The notes beneath the pieces are model-generated. The model was not told the origin of the DNA. It made no database searches and worked only from the letters and a program-made list of their open reading frames with translations. Below, one piece after another: positions 60,191 to 64,000 of a stretch of 64,000 nt of DNA (its first letter is position 1; each line of letters starts with the position of its first letter). Location of the stretch: positions 77,020 to 141,019 of the forward strand of contig CAVWEW010000005.1 of NCBI GenBank assembly GCA_963754255.1, in the 5' to 3' direction. This DNA comes from an uncultured Actinomycetota bacterium (GTDB lineage: Bacteria; Actinomycetota; Acidimicrobiia; Acidimicrobiales; Bog-793). A program made the translations under genes and the position numbers.

Positions 60191-61186
60191 ATGGACCTTC
60201 GCAACCGCAGCATCGTGAAGGAGGTCGACTTGAGCCGGGCCGAGTTCCTGTACCTCGTGGAGCTCGCCGACCAGTTGCGGACCGAGAAGCGCAACGGGTC
60301 GGAGACGGAGCGGCTCGCCAGGCGCAACATCGCCCTCATCTTCGAGAAGGCCTCGACGCGGACGCGCTCCGCCTTCGAGGTGGCGGCATACGACCAGGGT
60401 GCCCACGTGACCTACTTCGGCCCCGGCGAGTCCCAGATCGGCTACAAGGAGTCGATGAAGGACACGGCACGCGTCCTCGGCCGGATGTTCGACGGGATCG
60501 AGTACCGCGGTTTCGCGCAGGAAAGCGCCGAGACTCTCGCTCGCTTTGCCGGGGTGCCGGTCTGGAACGGGCTCACAGACGAGTGGCACCCGACCCAGAT
60601 GCTGGCGGACGTCCTCACGATGGTCGACCATGCGAAGCGGCCGGCCGAGGAGATCTCCTACTGCTACCTCGGCGACGCCCGCAACAACACGGCGAACTCC
60701 CTTCTCGTCACCGGCGCACTTCTCGGCGCCGACGTGCGCCTGGCGGCGCCCCCGACGCTGTGGCCTTCCGCCGACGTGAGACAGCTGGCCGAGGGTCTGG
60801 CGGGAGTCTCCGGGGCCAAGCTCCTCGTCACGGATCAGGTGGAGGAGGCCGTCGCCGACGTCGACTTTGTCTACACCGACGTCTGGCTCTCGATGGGAGA
60901 GCCGAAGGAGCACTGGGACGAGCGGATCAAATCGCTGATGCCGTTCCAGGTGAACGCGAAGGTGCTCGCCGCCACCGGCAACCCGGGGGTGAAGCTCTTG
61001 CACTGCCTTCCTGCGCTTCACGGCCTCGGCACGGCACTCGGCAGGGAGATCTTCGAGAAGTGGGGCCTCGAGGCTCTCGAGGTCACCGACGACGTCTTCG
61101 AGTCTGATGCCTCGATCGTGTTCGACCAGGCGGAGAACCGCTTGCACACGGCCAAGGCCCTCATGGTGGCCACGATTCCCACTTGA
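60191..61186 (+). CDS. argF: Ornithine carbamoyltransferase
   Basis: [33 protein letters not shown]; could be the catabolic (arcB) type. Confidence 0.95.
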   Translation: MDLRNRSIVKEVDLSRAEFLYLVELADQLRTEKRNGSETERLARRNIALIFEKASTRTRSAFEVAAYDQGAHVTYFGPGESQIGYKESMKDTARVLGRMFDGIEYRGFAQESAETLARFAGVPVWNGLTDEWHPTQMLADVLTMVDHAKRPAEEISYCYLGDARNNTANSLLVTGALLGADVRLAAPPTLWPSADVRQLAEGLAGVSGAKLLVTDQVEEAVADVDFVYTDVWLSMGEPKEHWDERIKSLMPFQVNAKVLAATGNPGVKLLHCLPALHGLGTALGREIFEKWGLEALEVTDDVFESDASIVFDQAENRLHTAKALMVATIPT

Positions 61187-61469
61187 TCGACACCCCGTGC
61201 CGCCAGACCTAGAGCTACAACCGCCTAGAGCGACTTAGCGCCGGCGGGCTCTTGCGCCTGACGACCGGACGGCAAAGGGATTCATTGCCTTTGCCATAGT
61301 TTTGGGCGAATACGCGCCTAGGCGACCACTGTCAGCAGCGTTCCAGCACTGTCGGTGACCGTAGCAACTAGTACGATGGCTTGATTGCGGGGGCGTAGTT
61401 CCGAGGCATGCGTGTTCTGATACTGGGCGGTCGGCTCCCCTGCTAGGCAGATACAACGAGGGGAGTCCC

Positions 61470-63856
61470 GTGCACCGTCGGACCCATATCACTGCACTCA
61501 TCACCGCGAGCTGCTGCGTCATGCTCGCATCTTTCGCCTTGACATCATTAGCGGGCGCGTCCACGCCGCTCGCGAGCGTCGTGTCTCAAACACCGGTCAG
61601 CTGGACACCGAACGTCTCCGCCGGACCTCCGCCGTCCGGCCAGAATGCGGGCTGCAACTCCTTCTTCTTCGGCCCGGCCGCTTTGTCGTGCATCTCCGAG
61701 GTCTACAGCACCGCCTACGTGAACGGCGACATCGTCGCCTCCGGCGCCTTCACCCAGGTCTGCCAGGCAGGCTCGGGTGCCGGGCACTGCGTTGCCGGCA
61801 CCACGGTGACGAGGGACGACATATTCGCCTACACGCCCAGCACCGGGGTCATCGACCCGAACTTCGCCCCCAAGCTCAACGCCGGCCCGGCCTGGAAAGT
61901 GCTCGCCGGGCCGTCCGGTAGCAACACCGTCTACGTCGGCGGGGCCTTCTCGACGGTGGACGGTGCCGCTCACCACGGGCTCGTCCAGCTGAACGTCAAC
62001 CCCGGCGTGAAGACCGGGGCGACCGCCGACGGTTCGGTCGTGACGGCCTTCACCGGGCACGTCAGCAACCAGGTGTACGGCCTTGCCCTCAGCCCGGACC
62101 AGAGTGCCCTCTACGTGGGCGGCCAGTTCACGAGCGTGGACGATGCCACGAAGTTCACAGACGGCGCCGTCGTCGGGGGCCTCGCCCGGGTGAACGCCAC
62201 GAACGGCCAACTGGACGGTTCGTTCGCCTTCACCCTCAGTGACCAGATCAGCGGCCTGGCGAACAAGGTCGAGACGATGGCTCTCTCGCCCAACGGCGAC
62301 TACCTGGCCATCGCCGGGACCGCGCTCAAGATCAACGGCACCTCCCGGCCGAGACTGGCCGTCATAGACACCGGTGGACCCTCGGGGCCCCCTCCAGCCT
62401 GGCGGCCTTCATGGCTCCCATCCTCACCAACAACTGCAGCGCCCACCACGACTACATCCAGGGGGTCGACTTCTCCCCCGACAACAGCTTCATCGCCATC
62501 GCCGACACCGGCGCCAACAGTGACGGCTCGACTCCCTACGCCATCTGTGACGCCGCGGCCCGCTTCGACATCAACTCGACCGACACCGCCCCCTCGGGCA
62601 CGGTGGACGTCACTCCTGCATGGATCAACTACACCGGCGAGGACTCGTTCTATTCGGTAGCGATTGCCGGCAGCGTCGTCTACCTCGGGGGCCACAACCG
62701 CTGGGTCAACAACCAGTGCGGCAACAACCAGGTCTGCGACGCCAATGCCGTCCTCGTGGCCGGCCTGGCGGCGGTGGACGCCAACACGGGCCTGGCGCTG
62801 CCCTGGTTCCACCCGCTCACGCTGCGGGGCCACGGGACGACCTACCTCTCCACCTTCCCCGCCGGCACCTATGACGGCTCCAATGCCGGGCTGGTGCAGG
62901 GGACCGACGTCAACAGCATCGCCGGCTCGTACCACAGCGAGGAGGCGATCTTCCCCATCGCCTCTACCACCTCCTCCACCCCTGGAGGACCGATTCCGTC
63001 GGGCTTGTTCAACGAAGAAGGCGGTGCCAGCACCAAGGCCCCCACCTGTGTCGACGACACGGGCGACAGCTCCATGCCCGGTACTCACGTCGAGTCGACC
63101 ACCTGCTCCAACGATGCCCAGCAGAACTGGAACATCGCCACAGACGGCACGATCCAGATCAACGGCTTGTGCCTCGGCACCGCCGGCGACGGCACCACCA
63201 GCGGGACCGATGTCGTCGTGAACACCTGCGGCAGCAGCGGCACCGAGCAGTGGACCCAGGGTGCGGGCGACAGGCTCGTCAACGGGGGAGGGACGAACGA
63301 GTGCTTGACGGTGCCCGGCGGCAAGGTCACCAGCGGCACCGTCCTGCAGATCCAGACCTGCTCCGGCGCAACGAGCCAGGTGTGGCCGTTGCCGGCCGCC
63401 CAGGGGCCGCCTTCGCCGCCTCCGGTCGGGGAGATCTACCCGAGGGAGATACAGACCAACGAGCAGGTCCCCTGCCTCGACGACACCTCCGACTCCACAA
63501 CGGCGGGCACCAAGATCGAGCTTCAGACCTGCGTCGGCGGCGCCGAGCAGAGATGGACGGTCGAGGGGAATGGCACCATCCAGGTCAACGGCCACTGCCT
63601 CGACAGTGCAACCACCACCAAGAAGGGCACCGTTCCGGTCGTCCTCAACCCGTGCAACGGCAACGCCAGCCAGCAGTGGACGGTCGCCTCGTCCTACGAG
63701 CTGCGCAACACGGGGGCGACGACCCTGAACGGCACCCCCTACTGCCTGGTGGACCCGGGCGGGAATCCCACCAACGGCACGCAGCTGCAGATCTCGGCTT
63801 GCACCACCACCAAGTCGGGCCAGAACGAGGAGTCATTCAGGCTGCCTGCCGTATAG
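61470..63856 (+). CDS. Secreted beta-propeller plus two ricin-B lectin domains, frameshift near 62390
   Basis: Signal peptide; YVGGAFS/YVGGQFT/YLGGH blades; QxW repeats QQNW, EQW, QVW, QRW, QQW with paired Cys. Confidence 0.82.
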
Positions 63857-63992
63857 CCCAGGCGGAGGGTCGTTCGCTCCCCGGTCTTTCTCAGCGGGAA
63901 AACTGAGGAACGGCCCACGACGGGCACAGGGCGTGGGTTTACACCTGTTCCCAGCCCGTTCAGGTTGTTCGGGCCAAAGGAGAAGAAACCCA

Positions 63993-64000
63993 ATGAAGCC
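63993..64000 (+). CDS. Start of the next gene (truncated by window edge)
   Basis: AAGGAG RBS followed by ATG AAG CC. Confidence 0.45.

Overview
This is a high-GC actinobacterial chromosome segment. Acidimicrobiia-like origin is an inference from gene style: F420- and mycothiol-linked enzymes, a Lys-rich TopA tail and many leaderless genes. It is mostly core and housekeeping DNA: guaA, kynA-kynU, pfk, msrA, holB-tmk-topA-hppA, a KimA-like K+ permease with two TrkA/RCK genes, nadE, glnE, a type IB topoisomerase, ettA and argF. Transporters, stress genes and several secreted proteins are interspersed. I found no tRNA, rRNA, CRISPR array, transposase or prophage. About a dozen genes, including the normally essential nadE, are split by apparent small indels, which points to read or assembly errors rather than pseudogenes. 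The best leads are: (1) an unannotated 47-aa Cys-rich leader ORF plus a nested structured leader ahead of an ABC exporter, divergent from a PadR regulator; (2) a KimA-type K+ permease fused to an OB-fold domain; (3) a fluoride riboswitch driving a two-gene Fluc channel with complementary pore-motif degeneration, back-to-back with a leaderless 25-aa microprotein; (4) an unexplained two-domain structured region upstream of argF; (5) a possible pyrophosphate-based energy economy. All calls are by eye, with no database searches.
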